The position numbers were made by a program, and so were the translations under genes. Positions 25,043 through 37,300 of a stretch of DNA of 64,000 bases are shown piece by piece. The stretch covers positions 310,001-374,000 of the forward strand of contig CDRNVI010000083.1 of assembly GCA_977017575.1 (NCBI GenBank), in the 5' to 3' direction. Within the stretch, counting starts at the first letter, position 1. Every line of letters starts with the position of its first letter. This DNA is from Paramoeba atlantica. Taxonomy: Eukaryota > Protista > Discosea. The notes beneath the pieces are model-generated. The model was given only the letters and a program-made list of their open reading frames with translations, ran no database searches and had not been told where the DNA came from.

Positions 25043-28000
25043 CCGAGGTACGGGTTACTATCAATGTCTGGTATCAGCCCACACGAAGAGACACTTCCCC
25101 TCATGGACGACGATACATTCCTACAAGAGGAATCCATACATCTACCTGGATCTTGGGACCAATTTGCTGGAAACGCACACCTCATCAAGCATCCAAGCAC
25201 GTATAATGATCTGCTATATACAACTCCGATTCCTGCGAATGTCCCTAATGACTGGTGCGCGAATGCCGCCTCCATCTTAACTCAACAACAAACGCCTGAT
25301 ACAGGATGCGAAAATGGAGGCGACGAAGAAACGAACCACTCACGTGTTCTCATCAGATCGAATCTCGAAGTTGATACCACACAGCTTGATAATAATTCCA
25401 TGGCTAAGAAATTCCCTCGTCGAAGAGCTTCCGCCACACCTCCGAGTTCTAAGGGTCAGCTTCGGGGCGCTACGAAACCTCAGAAGGCCCGAGAGAAAGC
25501 CAATACAAGAAAAGCGGAAACCGCGGACTACAAGACCACGCGGGGCCCCCACGTTCTCGAACCTACGGAAAACTTATCACGAGTGACCACTCCTCAGGCC
25601 CCGACCCTGGCAAGTGACCAGGTTCCTGCGACCCCGCCCATTTCTGAGGAAGATCCGCCGCAACGAGAGCGCCCTGCAGATGGGTGTACCTGGAAGACGC
25701 AAGCCCACGGAGGGCAGTGGCAGTACTATTGCCACCACGTGGCCTACAGGCATGGGGAAGCAATTTCCAGTGTTTGGTGGGAGAAAGAGGGCCGCTTTCT
25801 GTGCGCCGCATGCGGTCGACATTACGCTCTCAACAAAAAGACGGCGCACGTGAACCAATGCAAAGGGCACGCCGTGCAATCACCTCCACCCTCGCAACCC
25901 TCGGAATGCCTAGGAGAAGCCATCTACGATGTTCAGGGCACGGCCGAGCTACCCTCTCTGGAGCAAATATGCACGACACCGATAAACACCTGCAAAGACG
26001 TCCCACACCGATGCCGACGCATGTGGGCTCAGATATTGACTTACGCCCTATCCATAGCGGTGCGCGAAAATTCAGTGAGGGCGTGGACGCTCCTTGCCTT
26101 ACTTCCAAAGTGCGTCCTTCCAGCCCCGTTCCGAGGAGGCCGCAAAGCCCATATCACTTACTCGTCGTACATTCTCAAAAGAGTGGAGCTTTGGATGGAA
26201 GGACAATACTCGACCCTTTGGTCTCAAGCTGTATCCGATCACGAGAGAAAACGCCCGAAGAACACGAGCAACGAGAACGACGTGGAAAAGGCTATAGTAC
26301 GAGCAGAACTTCTGGTCCGTGACGGGGAATTTTCCAGAGGAATGGCAGCCCTGACGGCAGCTCCCCTCGCACCGCACAACGAAGAAACATTGCGAAAGTT
26401 GCAAAGGAAACATCCTAGCTCCCACGGGAATCCTATCTCCTGCCCTTTGCCACCATTGAAAGAAGACTTTTTACAGCTGGACGAATCGGAAGTAAAAAAG
26501 GCCGTGAATAGTTTTCACCGCGGCTCCTCCGCCGGAACCATGGGTCTTCGACCCGAACACCTACAAGCAGCACTGCAAGAGCATGTTGACCAGAACATGG
26601 ATCCACTCCTGGCGCTCACGTCCTTTGTGAACCACCTTTTAGCAGGCAGAGGCCCGGATGAAGTACACCCCTTCTTTGCAGGTGCACGACTCTGCGCGCT
26701 CGAAAAGGACGAAGAAGACGTGAGGCCTATTGCTGCGGGGGAAACGCTACGACGTTTGGTCAGCAAGGCAGCGTGTCTTTCTTTAAAGGAAAAGGCAAGT
26801 TCCTTCTTCGGCCGCAAACAGTACGGCGTCGCGGCGCCCGCCGGAGCAGAGCGAGTCATTCACAATTGTCGTAGGTTGATGCTCAACAACATGGAAAACG
26901 AAAATATAACCTTCTGTAAAGTGGATCTCCGCAACGCCTTTAACAATGTCAGTAGGCCGGTGTTTATCTTCCTCACGCGAAAGCATTTCCCCGAGTTGTC
27001 CCCATGGGTTGAGTGGTGTTACGCCAACCACAGCTGTCTAACATTTGGTGACGATTTAATTCCTTCGGCCGAGGGCGTGCAGCAAGGTGATCCCCTAGGT
27101 CCCCTCCTGTTCTCTTTGGTTTTGTCGGGGGCAACGGAGGAAATCGCATCGCGTACAAAGCTCCAAACACAGTTATGGTATCTCGATGATGGTGTGATCA
27201 TTGGCGAACCACAGGAAGTCCGGAAGGCACTAGACGTTCTCTCGGAAGTGGGAACTCAGTGGGGACTCTTTCTGAACCTCTCAAAATGTGAAATCATCAC
27301 CCCGCCTGCGTCTGCCCACACCTCTTCCTTTTTCCCCGACATTCCTAGCGACAAAATAAGGTATGACGGAAACTTTGATATCCTTGGGAGTCCGGTGGGC
27401 TCTCCAGAACACTGTGCGAATTTCCTAAGGACACACGCGATCGAGCCAGCCCGCGACACGTTGGAAGCCATCTCCTTGATAGAAGACCCGCAAGTGGCCC
27501 TCGCCCTTATAAGGCAGTGCGCCGGATTCTGCCAAATGGTATACGCACTGCGTACCACCCCTCCCCAAGGCCTCGGAGAACTCTGTCGTCAGCTGGATTT
27601 TCACCTCATGCGCGCTGTGGAACACGCACTTTTTCCTCTTGATCTTCCCGCCCTTGACCAACTACAACGGCCCAAACGTTACGGGGGATTCGGCCTTCGC
27701 TCATCGTCGCTTTACCACTCGGCCGCATACGTTTCTTCTGTGGCTTTTGCCTCCGACAAGGATAAGTGGGATGCAGCCGAAGCTGAGGGGTTTCTTGATT
27801 CGGCACGCGAAATAAATCAAAAAGTTGGGACTGTCCTGATCGATCTGTATACTGGACGTATCCTCAAGCCAAGCTCACCAGACTACCCCAACGAGGCATG
27901 GGACGCCCAGTCACGCCCGGCGAAAAGAAAACTTTCCCATTCCCTCCGCCACCCCCTTTTACCCGACATCACAGAACCAGAAACCATCGTACCACGACAA

Positions 28001-29400
28001 AAACACCTGAGCCACGCAATCGCTGAACAGGAGTTCTATGCTGCTTACGCAAGGGCAGACGCCCGAACGAGGGCACGCTGGGTTTCTCAGTCAGGTAAAG
28101 GGGCCGGAAACTGGGCTTTTGTGACACCCTCAAAGCAAAGAGGGTTGGCTTTCACCCCCACGGAGTTCCGGACGCTATCACGTTGGTGGCTAGGGGTGGA
28201 TGTTTTCCCAGAGGATAGGCCTTGTCCGGCCGAAGGCTGTGCCCTCCCTCTCCTCAAGAACGGTGAACACGCCTTGCTCTGTAAAAATGGGCATGGCATC
28301 ATCGCCCGCCACAACGCCCTGGCACAACAATTCTCATCTTTCTGTTCCAAGGCCCAATTGGGACCACGGTGCGAGATGAGTCTCGGAAACCGAGGCCCCG
28401 GAGGAGCTCTCACGAGGCCTGCGGATGTCTTCCTGCCCACTGCATCCTTGGCAAAAGGGACTCTGGCGCAAGGCATGGTATTGGACTTTGCGGTCACCCA
28501 CGCCCAGCAATTAAAGTATTTGGACTCAGTCCGTAATGCTAGCTGGGTGACCCCAGGGGCTTTTGCCGCGCACTATGCCGAGACCAAGGCGCGACAGCGA
28601 CAAGAAGCAGACGAAGCCGGACATCTCTTCACGGCAATGGTTGTAGATTCCTTTGGGTCCTGGAGAGAAAGTGCCCTAGCGTTACTCCGGGATATCGGAA
28701 CGCAACGGGCGAATGCGTCCAAAGGGTTTCTGTCACGGAGCCAAGCGCGAAATGAACTCTTGACGGAGCTGAATGTTACGCTCATGCGTTCGCAGGCCCG
28801 GATGATGGTGTCACGCATCCCCGTGGCGGATCCAGCGGGGTCTTTGGTAGGGGCATAAGCCCCTACCCACTGTGTCTTACCCACCTATTCTCAAGCCTTG
28901 CTCTCATGAGTGAGGTTCTCCAATGTGAGCCCGGATGCTGGTCGGGTCGACAGAGTCTATGCTCACGCCTAGCCCGCGAGGGCTAGGTACCCCAAGTGAG
29001 GTAGTACACGGGTAGTGAATCTCCTCCCCGTCGGCCAGCATCCTGTTTCGTGACCGTGTCGCTGTCGACACAGGCCCGCGCCTGCGCCCTCCCATATAAC
29101 AAGGGAAGGGTTCACAAGTCAGGCCGTGGAGTGGTCGAAAGACCCGGTCCGGAACGCGCGAATGGATTGGGCATAAATTGCTTCTTTTTATTATTATTGT
29201 TATCAAAATCATAAATACTGTAACTTAAGGCAGGTTGAATTATTAGTTTTGGCTACAACATATGAAATTGCTAATTTGATTGCTTGTTCACAAATCATAT
29301 ACCCCCCCCAATGGACCTACTTGGTTCGTCTACTGAGTAAAAATATAGAATCGCGTTTTATACTTCTCCCCCCCTATTTATTGCAAAAAAAAAAAAAAAA
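25043..29400 (+). mobile_element. Element F: CRE-clade non-LTR retrotransposon nested in the YR element, with poly(A) tail (5' boundary approximate)
   Basis: Intact RT-RLE reading frame, ~530-nt 3' UTR and A16 tail at 29385-29400. Confidence 0.88.
25064..28858 (+). CDS. Zn-finger-RT-RLE protein of element F, in frame with the upstream YR-element RT (24341-28858 open, 1505 aa)
   Basis: CAACGRH..H..C finger; RPIAAGETLRRLVSK, VDLRNAFN, GVQQGDPLGPLLF, YLDDG, YGGFGL; CPAEGC..HALLC, RHN, RPADV, LDFAVTH. Confidence 0.88.
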   Translation: MSGISPHEETLPLMDDDTFLQEESIHLPGSWDQFAGNAHLIKHPSTYNDLLYTTPIPANVPNDWCANAASILTQQQTPDTGCENGGDEETNHSRVLIRSNLEVDTTQLDNNSMAKKFPRRRASATPPSSKGQLRGATKPQKAREKANTRKAETADYKTTRGPHVLEPTENLSRVTTPQAPTLASDQVPATPPISEEDPPQRERPADGCTWKTQAHGGQWQYYCHHVAYRHGEAISSVWWEKEGRFLCAACGRHYALNKKTAHVNQCKGHAVQSPPPSQPSECLGEAIYDVQGTAELPSLEQICTTPINTCKDVPHRCRRMWAQILTYALSIAVRENSVRAWTLLALLPKCVLPAPFRGGRKAHITYSSYILKRVELWMEGQYSTLWSQAVSDHERKRPKNTSNENDVEKAIVRAELLVRDGEFSRGMAALTAAPLAPHNEETLRKLQRKHPSSHGNPISCPLPPLKEDFLQLDESEVKKAVNSFHRGSSAGTMGLRPEHLQAALQEHVDQNMDPLLALTSFVNHLLAGRGPDEVHPFFAGARLCALEKDEEDVRPIAAGETLRRLVSKAACLSLKEKASSFFGRKQYGVAAPAGAERVIHNCRRLMLNNMENENITFCKVDLRNAFNNVSRPVFIFLTRKHFPELSPWVEWCYANHSCLTFGDDLIPSAEGVQQGDPLGPLLFSLVLSGATEEIASRTKLQTQLWYLDDGVIIGEPQEVRKALDVLSEVGTQWGLFLNLSKCEIITPPASAHTSSFFPDIPSDKIRYDGNFDILGSPVGSPEHCANFLRTHAIEPARDTLEAISLIEDPQVALALIRQCAGFCQMVYALRTTPPQGLGELCRQLDFHLMRAVEHALFPLDLPALDQLQRPKRYGGFGLRSSSLYHSAAYVSSVAFASDKDKWDAAEAEGFLDSAREINQKVGTVLIDLYTGRILKPSSPDYPNEAWDAQSRPAKRKLSHSLRHPLLPDITEPETIVPRQKHLSHAIAEQEFYAAYARADARTRARWVSQSGKGAGNWAFVTPSKQRGLAFTPTEFRTLSRWWLGVDVFPEDRPCPAEGCALPLLKNGEHALLCKNGHGIIARHNALAQQFSSFCSKAQLGPRCEMSLGNRGPGGALTRPADVFLPTASLAKGTLAQGMVLDFAVTHAQQLKYLDSVRNASWVTPGAFAAHYAETKARQRQEADEAGHLFTAMVVDSFGSWRESALALLRDIGTQRANASKGFLSRSQARNELLTELNVTLMRSQARMMVSRIPVADPAGSLVGA

Positions 29401-29429
29401 CAGATGCGCTCAGTGACTTGGTCAAATAA
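29401..29429 (+). pseudogene. Probable RNase H C-terminal remnant of the YR element
   Basis: Directly after the poly(A): (GC)A GAT GCG CTC AGT GAC TTG GTC AAA TAA = (A)DALSDLVK*, resembling the ADxLS motif that ends retroelement RNase H. Confidence 0.5.
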
Positions 29430-29523
29430 GCAATAGCGGGGCTATACATGTAGGTGTTTCAGTAGGTGGCCGCCACCATTAACACATGCGCTCGGGTGGT
29501 AGTATTACGTGCGAGCGGGCTGG

Positions 29524-30195
29524 TTCGCGGAGTTGGCGGACGGGATGCCCGTTCGTAAGTAAAGGCGTTTGTTGTCGATTTGTTTCAAATACTGTAAGTT
29601 TGATTGAAATGGCCAGGTACCTTAATTTCTTTTCATGGATAGGTGGTGAGGATACTAAAGCAGTTGAATTCTTTGAATTGCTTTATGAAGAAAGATATTA
29701 CATGATTTAGGAATTGGTTTCATTTTATGTATTCTTGTTCATTATGTGTGAGAAAGAAGACGCTGATTTCTATAAGTATACGTTTAGAAATTTAGGATGA
29801 TCGATATAATGGCCCTTCGGGGCACATAATATTTATATTATGAGATATGATTTGTTTGTTTTGTTTAGAGATTTCATTTATTTAGTTTGGTATAGTGACA
29901 CTCCTTCTCTAACCTTTTAATTGCGCCCGCCCACCAACCCCCAACCACTTCGCGGAGTTGGCGGACGGGATGCCCGTTCGTAAGTAAAGGAGTTTGTTGT
30001 CGATTTGTTTCAAATACTGTAAGTTTGATTGAAATGGCCAGGTACCTTAATTTCTTTTCATGGATAGGTGGTGACGATACTAAAGCAGTTGAATTCTTTG
30101 AATTGCTTTATGAAGAATGATATTACATGATTTAGGAATTGGTTTCATTTTATGTATTCTTGTTCATTATGTGTGAGAAAGAAGACGCTGATTTC
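29524..30195 (+). repeat. Right terminal B1-A2-B2 block (B1 29524-29770, A2 29771-29925, B2 29949-30195)
   Basis: B1 and B2 are 247-bp near-identical direct repeats bracketing a shortened copy of A1. Confidence 0.93.
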
Positions 30196-30405
30196 CTTTT
30201 GTTAAGACCCTTTCTTTTGTTAAGACCCTTTCTTTTGTTAAGACCCTTTCTTTTGTTAAGACCCTTTCTTTTGTTAAGACCCTTTCTTTTGTTAAGACCC
30301 TTTCTTTTGTTAAGACCCTTTCTTTTGTTAAGACCCTTTCTTTTGTTAAGACCCTTTCTTTTGTTAAGACCCTTTCTTTTGTTAAGACCCTTTCTTTTGT
30401 TAAGA
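30196..30405. repeat. S1 tract (~11 units)
   Basis: Direct reading. Confidence 0.97.
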
Positions 30406-33400
30406 GGGCACTAATCTGGTGGAGGAGGCCAGCGACGTGTAACTTCCTTTAGCACTTGTAGCTCGTAATATGTCGGCTTGGCGTGGTTCTTCCATCAATT
30501 TGTCGCGTATGTATTTGTGGTGCAGGTCTTCTGTTGTTGGTTCATCAGCGGAAGGGTTATTATGATTTGGCTGAGTAGTTAGCTGTGTGGCCAAACCCGT
30601 GCAAGGGGCGCGAGCTGAAAGATATATTGGTCGCTCCTTTGCCATTTGCTTGGATTTAGTATACGCTGCTTCCCTAATTGGTTCGGAAGGAGTGATACCT
30701 AACCCGCCTTTCTTAAGAGGAAGCCGTGTCCATGAGATTTGTTTTTCTGTTAGTCCGCCAAACCATGAGGAAAGAGTGTTGGAAACTTCTCCGTCAAATT
30801 GTCTCGTGAGCTCCGATGTATTTTCCGGATGATGTACGCGGATATGATATCGGTGGCGTACATTAATGCACTTGGAAAGCAAAAGAACAGAAACATTGTT
30901 TGCCCCCATTTGCTGAAGACGTCGGAATGCTGTACGGTGTTTTTGAAGCATCTGAACGAGTTTTTCGCTGACCAGATGACTGTCGCCCACGAATGCTCCT
31001 AGAACCTTTGTGGCGCCTGGCTCCCAGTTTACACCTTCCTGCATTAACTGATGCGGCAAAGGGATATGATTGATTCCCCCGAACCAAATACATTTACTGG
31101 AGGAAGTCTCTACGCGTTTCGACGTCAACAGTTCCTTAAGCCGTAAGAATGCATTGGATACCATTTCTGCGTCAGTCGATGCAAAATTGATGTCATCAAC
31201 GAATGCATAAATACGTAGCGTGGGAAATTCGGACGCGATTGTTTCCAAGATTGGTTGAAGAAAAGCGCAGAACAAGATAGTGGATAAGGGGGACCCTTGG
31301 CGCACGCCAGCAGCGCTCATTACAGTGTTGCAAAGTCGGCCATCTTTTCCATAGTAAAGCAGCTCGGATGGAGACCCGTACTCCGCATTGAAGAGACGTA
31401 AGAATGGACGTAGGCTGTGGAATCCAAAGACTGCTCTGGCAATCTCGTCCCGTGATGGGGAGTTGAAGGCGTTCTTAAGGTCAATCGATAAGATGGCGCA
31501 TCCTTCCGCGTAGCGTTCATCAAGTTCCTGCACAACTTTTTCGCAGCCGGATTTAATCATCACTCCGAACTGATGTGGCGAAAACAGAGGGGGTAATGTT
31601 TTCTCGTGGCGCTGTAGTAATACAATTTCGGCGATTTTGAGCCACACCTCACCGACGGCAATCGGTCGAATTCCTTGCGCTGTTTTCGGAATTGCGACGA
31701 GTCGCGCTCTTTTAAGACGCTTCATTACTTCTTCAGGCAGTACCCCGTTGATCAGGTCTGTGAACATATGAGTTAAGCTCAAACAGCAAACCTCATCGTC
31801 CAGGAGAATACGTAGTATCGAGTCCGTCGTACCCGTAGGCCCCGGTGAAGCACCTTTCGCGAGTCGTCTGCCAGCCTCTCTCAGCTCGCTGGGGGTAATG
31901 CATGCGGTGATAGGGGCGTCTTGTGGCAATCGGAAACTCGTTGGGAGATTCGGGTGGAGTGCTATGAGTTTTTCCACGATTTCTTCGTCGCTTTGTGATT
32001 TCGCCGTAATTTCTCGGTCCATAATTTGCGAAGCTTTCGAGACACACCCGTCGAGGACCAGGCTTGTCGCCTTTTTAATAGCGCGTTTATCGTTCGCGTC
32101 AGCGTTCGGTACAGTTCCTTCTGATCTTTGTAATTCATGATTCTCTTGCGATGATTCTTGATCGTCATGTGAGTCCAATGGACGGCGACGGCGGCGCTTC
32201 ACCGTAACTTTTCGAATAGTTGCCAGAGAGTATTTCATGGCAGAGAGAACTCTATGCCAGATGCGGTAGCGGTGTGGATAAGAACTATCGGCATATTCCC
32301 GCATTATGTCGCGATAAATCGCAACGACGCAAGGAATATATTCTGGAGACACTGTGCGTAATGTCGGCATCGGTTCGCGATCGAGATCGTCCTCAGTATG
32401 TTGTCGGCGCGAGTACGTTTTACTCGGTTCGCTATTCTGTTGTACGCGCGGTTCCCACAACAGTCGAAAGATGCGAACGTTGGAATGAGGGGGAATATGC
32501 CCATCAAACACCTCACCAATATTGTGTCCAATGATGCCTTCGTAACTTAACGCTAGTTTTCGAACGTTTCGCACTTTCCGAGATGTTTTAACAGTGCCAC
32601 TCGATACGTTTAGGATGGGCGTGCAGTCAAAGCTCCATGCTACCAGGCACCGATCCCCTGGCTTCGCGTTGTGAGACAATCTGGATACTTCGTCCGGGGG
32701 AATGGGAAAGTGAACAGCAGGATCAATTTCTTGACACATGGAGTTGGCAAGAATTGTCAACGACTCACTCGAAGATAGTGCCAGCGTCTTTGCTGAAGCA
32801 GTGTCGTCAGCGTTTCCTTCGCAGTCGAAAAATTGTTCTGGTTCTTCACTGTCGTTATGGTTATTGTTTTCCGACGGCGGGTTCTCGTGGTGTCCTTCCT
32901 CTTCTGCATCTATCTGCTAATTCCTCTATCTGCTAAAACTGGTGCGTTTACCGTCGCTTTCTTGCCGCGTCGACAAAAAAGGTTCGAAAACAGGTCCTTC
33001 GAAAACAATTTCGCGAGTATTTTAACCGTTGCTTTGTTCGCTGGAGTTGGCGGGGGGAGCGGTGGAGGGAGAAGTGGGGTATGCGGCTGGGGGGTATGAG
33101 ACTCAGTTGTGATACGCGACTCGATGACTTCCTCCGGAAGAGGCGACGTGTTACACGGCTCAGAAATTCTATGCGACTCGATGTCCTGTGCAGCGGGGAG
33201 TTTCGCTAGCCTTTCTTGGCGTAAAGCTTCGTGAAATTCCCAGCGAGCTTGTTTGCGCTCTTTTCTTTGGAGGTAGAATTCTTCGTCAGAAAGAATCCGA
33301 GCTGACGGATTTAGCGGCCGCAGAACTATATCATTGATCGGTACCTCTGCGTCTTCTTCTCTAACGGCACCGGCTCTGTGTGGCGATCTGGGGGCGGGGG

Positions 33401-33876
33401 AGCAGGAAAGCGCCTTAGCATAAGTAAGCGAAGTGTCAGTTGACGAAAGCTTTTCCACCCTTTGCATTTGTTTTAAGATAGGCGAGGGGTTATCGGATCT
33501 TAGCGACGTGTTAGCCCTCACCCGCGCTCTCCGGGATAACGTGTGCATGCTGGTACGTGGAGGTGGTGGCGAAAAGGGATGCGCAGGCGGCGGTGGCGGA
33601 CATGTTCTCATTTTACACCGTACGGATGCTGACGTTGATGGTGGTGATGGCGTCGTCGGCGGTGGCGGCCGTGGTGGTGATTGTTCGGGTGATTGTTCGA
33701 GCGGCGGGGGTGGTGACGGTGGTGGTTGTGGGGTGGGCTTCTCTTTCTTCTTCCGGCGTGTGGGGGGAAGCGACTGGACAATGGGAGCTACCCCGGCATC
33801 CTTCGCCTTGGCACGCGTCAGCATGCCCATTTTCGGAAAAAGAGTAGGAAAAAAAAACAACAAGGTACAGAAGGTT
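30406..33876 (-). mobile_element. Element B copy 1: 3'-truncated, frameshifted non-LTR retrotransposon (Pro-rich ORF 32910-33863 plus RT frame 30400-32900)
   Basis: RT motifs RPIAVGE, IDLKNAFN, GVRQGSPLS, AFVDD, KGGLG. The frame ends at LVPS with the stop supplied by S1; no CCHC/RLE domain. Confidence 0.92.
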
Positions 33877-34333
33877 GTTAAGACCCTTTCTTTTGTTAAG
33901 ACCCCTTCTATTGTTAAGACCCTTTCTTTTGTTAAGACCCTTTCTTTTGTTAAGACCCTTTCTTTTGTTAAGACCCTTTCTTTTGTTAAGACCCTTTCTT
34001 TTGTTATGACCCTTTCTTTTGTTAAGACCCTTTCTTTTGTTAAGACCCTTTCTTTTGTTAAGACCCTTTCTTTTGTTAAGACCCTTTCTTTTGTTAAGAC
34101 CCTTTCTTTTGTTAAGACCCTTTCTTTTGTTAAGACCCTTTCTTTTGTTAAGACCCTTTCTTTTGTTAAGACCCTTTCTTTTGTTAAGACCCTTTCTTTT
34201 GTTAAGACCCTTTCTTTTGTTAAGACCCTTTCTTTTGTTAAGACCCTTTCTTTTGTTAAGACCCTTTCTTTTGTTAAGACCCTTTCTTTTGTTAAGACCC
34301 TTTCTTTTGTTAAGACCCTTTCTTTTGTTAAGA
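33877..34333. repeat. S1 spacer, 457 bp
   Basis: 25 units plus 7 nt; carries the GACCCCTTCTATTG and GTTATGACCC variants. Confidence 0.97.
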
Positions 34334-37300
34334 GGGCACTAATCTGGTGGAGGAGGCCAGCGACGTGTAACTTCCTTTAGCACTTGTAGCTCGTAATATG
34401 TCGGCTTGGCGTGGTTCTTCCATCAATTTGTCGCGTATGTATTTGTGGTGCAGGTCTTCTGTTGTTGGTTCATCGGCGGAAGGGTTATTATGATTTGGCT
34501 GAGTAGTTAGCTGTGTGGCCAAACCCGTGCAAGGGGCGGGAGCTGAAAGATATATTGGTCGCTCCGTTGCCATTTGCTTGGATTTAGTATACGCTGCTTC
34601 CCTAATTGGTTCGGAAGGAGTGATACCTAACCCGCCTTTCTTAAGAGGAAGCCGTGTCCATGAGATTTGTTTTTCTGTTAGTCCGCCAAACCATGAGGAA
34701 AGAGTGTTGGAAACTTCTCCGTCAAATTGTCTCGTGAGCTCCGATGTATTTTCCGGATGATGTACGCGGATATGATATCGGTGGCGTACATTAATGCACT
34801 TGGAAAGCAAAAGAACAGAAACATTGTTTGCCCCCATTTGCTGAAGACGTCGGAATGCTGTACGGTGTTTTTGAAGCATCTGAACGAGTTTTTCGCTGAC
34901 CAGATGACTGTCGCCCACGAATGCTCCTAGAACCTTTGTGGCGCCTGGCTCCCAGTTTACACCTTCCTGCATTAACTGATGCGGCAAAGGGATATGATTG
35001 ATTCCCCCGAACCAAATACATTTACTGGAGGAAGTCTCTACGCGTTTCGACGTCAACAGTTCCTTAAGCCGTAAGAATGCATTGGATACCATTTCTGCGT
35101 CAGTCGATGCAAAATTGATGTCATCAACGAATGCATAAATACGTAGCGTGGGAAATTCGGACGCGATTGTTTCCAAGATTGGTTGAAGAAAAGCGCAGAA
35201 CAAGATAGTGGATAAGGGGGACCCTTGGCGCACGCCAGCAGCGCTCATTACAGTGTTGCAAAGTCGGCCATCTTTTCCATAGTAAAGCAGCTCGGATGGA
35301 GACCCGTACTCCGCATTGAAGAGACGTAAGAATGGACGTAGGCTGTGGAATCCAAAGACTGCTCTGGCAATCTCGTCCCGTGATGGGGAGTTGAAGGCGT
35401 TCTTAAGGTCAATCGATAAGATGGCGCATCCTTCCGCGTAGCGTTCATCAAGTTCCTGCACAACTTTTTCGCAGCCGGATTTAATCATCACTCCGAACTG
35501 ATGTGGCGAAAACAGAGGGGGTAATGTTTTCTCGTGGCGCTGTAGTAATACAATTTCGGCGATTTTGAGCCACACCTCACCGACGGCAATCGGTCGAATT
35601 CCTTGCGCTGTTTTCGGAATTGCGACGAGTCGCGCTCTTTTAAGACGCTTCATTACTTCTTCAGGCAGTACCCCGTTGATCAGGTCTGTGAACATATGAG
35701 TTAAGCTCAAACAGCAAACCTCATCGTCCAGGAGAATACGTAGTATCGAGTCCGTCGTACCCGTAGGCCCCGGTGAAGCACCTTTCGCGAGTCGTCTGCC
35801 AGCCTCTCTCAGCTCGCTGGGGGTAATGCATGCGGTGATAGGGGCGTCTTGTGGCAATCGGAAACTCGTTGGGAGATTCGGGTGGAGTGCTATGAGTTTT
35901 TCCACGATTTCTTCGTCGCTTTGTGATTTCGCCGTAATTTCTCGGTCCATAATTTGCGAAGCTTTCGAGACACACCCGTCGAGGACCAGGCTTGTCGCCT
36001 TTTTAATAGCGCGTTTATCGTTCGCGTCAGCGTTCGGTACAGTTCCTTCTGATCTTTGTAATTCATGATTCTCTTGCGATGATTCTTGATCGTCATGTGA
36101 GTCCAATGGACGGCGACGGCGGCGCTTCACCGTAACTTTTCGAATAGTTGCCAGAGAGTATTTCATGGCAGAGAGAACTCTATGCCAGATGCGGTAGCGG
36201 TGTGGATAAGAACTATCGGCATATTCCCGCATTATGTCGCGATAAATCGCAACGACGCAAGGAATATATTCTGGAGACACTGTGCGTAATGTCGGCATCG
36301 GTTCGCGATCGAGATCGTCCTCAGTATGTTGTCGGCGCGAGTACGTTTTACTCGGTTCGCTATTCTGTTGTACGCGCGGTTCCCACAACAGTCGAAAGAT
36401 GCGAACGTTGGAATGAGGGGGAATATGCCCATCAAACACCTCACCAATATTGTGTCCAATGATGCCTTCGTAACTTAACGCTAGTTTTCGAACGTTTCGC
36501 ACTTTCCGAGATGTTTTAACAGTGCCACTCGATACGTTTAGGATGGGCGTGCAGTCAAAGCTCCATGCTACCAGGCACCGATCCCCTGGCTTCGCGTTGT
36601 GAGACAATCTGGATACTTCGTCCGGGGGAATGGGAAAGTGAACAGCAGGATCAATTTCTTGACACATGGAGTTGGCAAGAATTGTCAACGACTCACTCGA
36701 AGATAGTGCCAGCGTCTTTGCTGAAGCAGTGTCGTCAGCGTTTCCTTCGCAGTCGAAAAATTGTTCTGGTTCTTCACTGTCGTTATGGTTATTGTTTTCC
36801 GACGGCGGGTTCTCGTGGTGTCCTTCCTCTTCTGCATCTATCTGCTAATTCCTCTATCTGCTAAAACTGGTGCGTTTACCGTCGCTTTCTTGCCGCGTCG
36901 ACAAAAAAGGTTCGAAAACAGGTCCTTCGAAAACAATTTCGCGAGTATTTTAACCGTTGCTTTGTTCGCTGGAGTTGGCGGGGGGAGCGGTGGAGGGAGA
37001 AGTGGGGTATGCGGCTGGGGGGTATGAGACTCAGTTGTGATACGCGACTCGATGACTTCCTCCGGAAGAGGCGACGTGTTACACGGCTCAGAAATTCTAT
37101 GCGACTCGATGTCCTGTGCAGCGGGGAGTTTCGCTAGCCTTTCTTGGCGTAAAGCTTCGTGAAATTCCCAGCGAGCTTGTTTGCGCTCTTTTCTTTGGAG
37201 GTAGAATTCTTCGTCAGAAAGAATCCGAGCTGACGGATTTAGCGGCCGCAGAACTATATCATTGATCGGTACCTCTGCGTCTTCTTCTCTAACGGCACCG

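Larger units (their letters stand above)
21168..30195 (+). mobile_element. Tyrosine-recombinase (DIRS-order, VIPER/TATE-like gene order) retrotransposon with split direct repeats, decayed
   Basis: Gene order gag(CCHC)-YR-RT(-RNase H remnant). Terminal repeats A1 (left) and B1-A2-B2 (right). S1 directly abuts both ends. Confidence 0.85.

Noticed and set aside
32895-32935. Programmed -1 frameshift between the two ORFs of B
   Set aside because: The overlap is only ~7 nt, there is no slippery heptamer, and relatives A and C encode this region in one frame; a fixed mutation is more likely.
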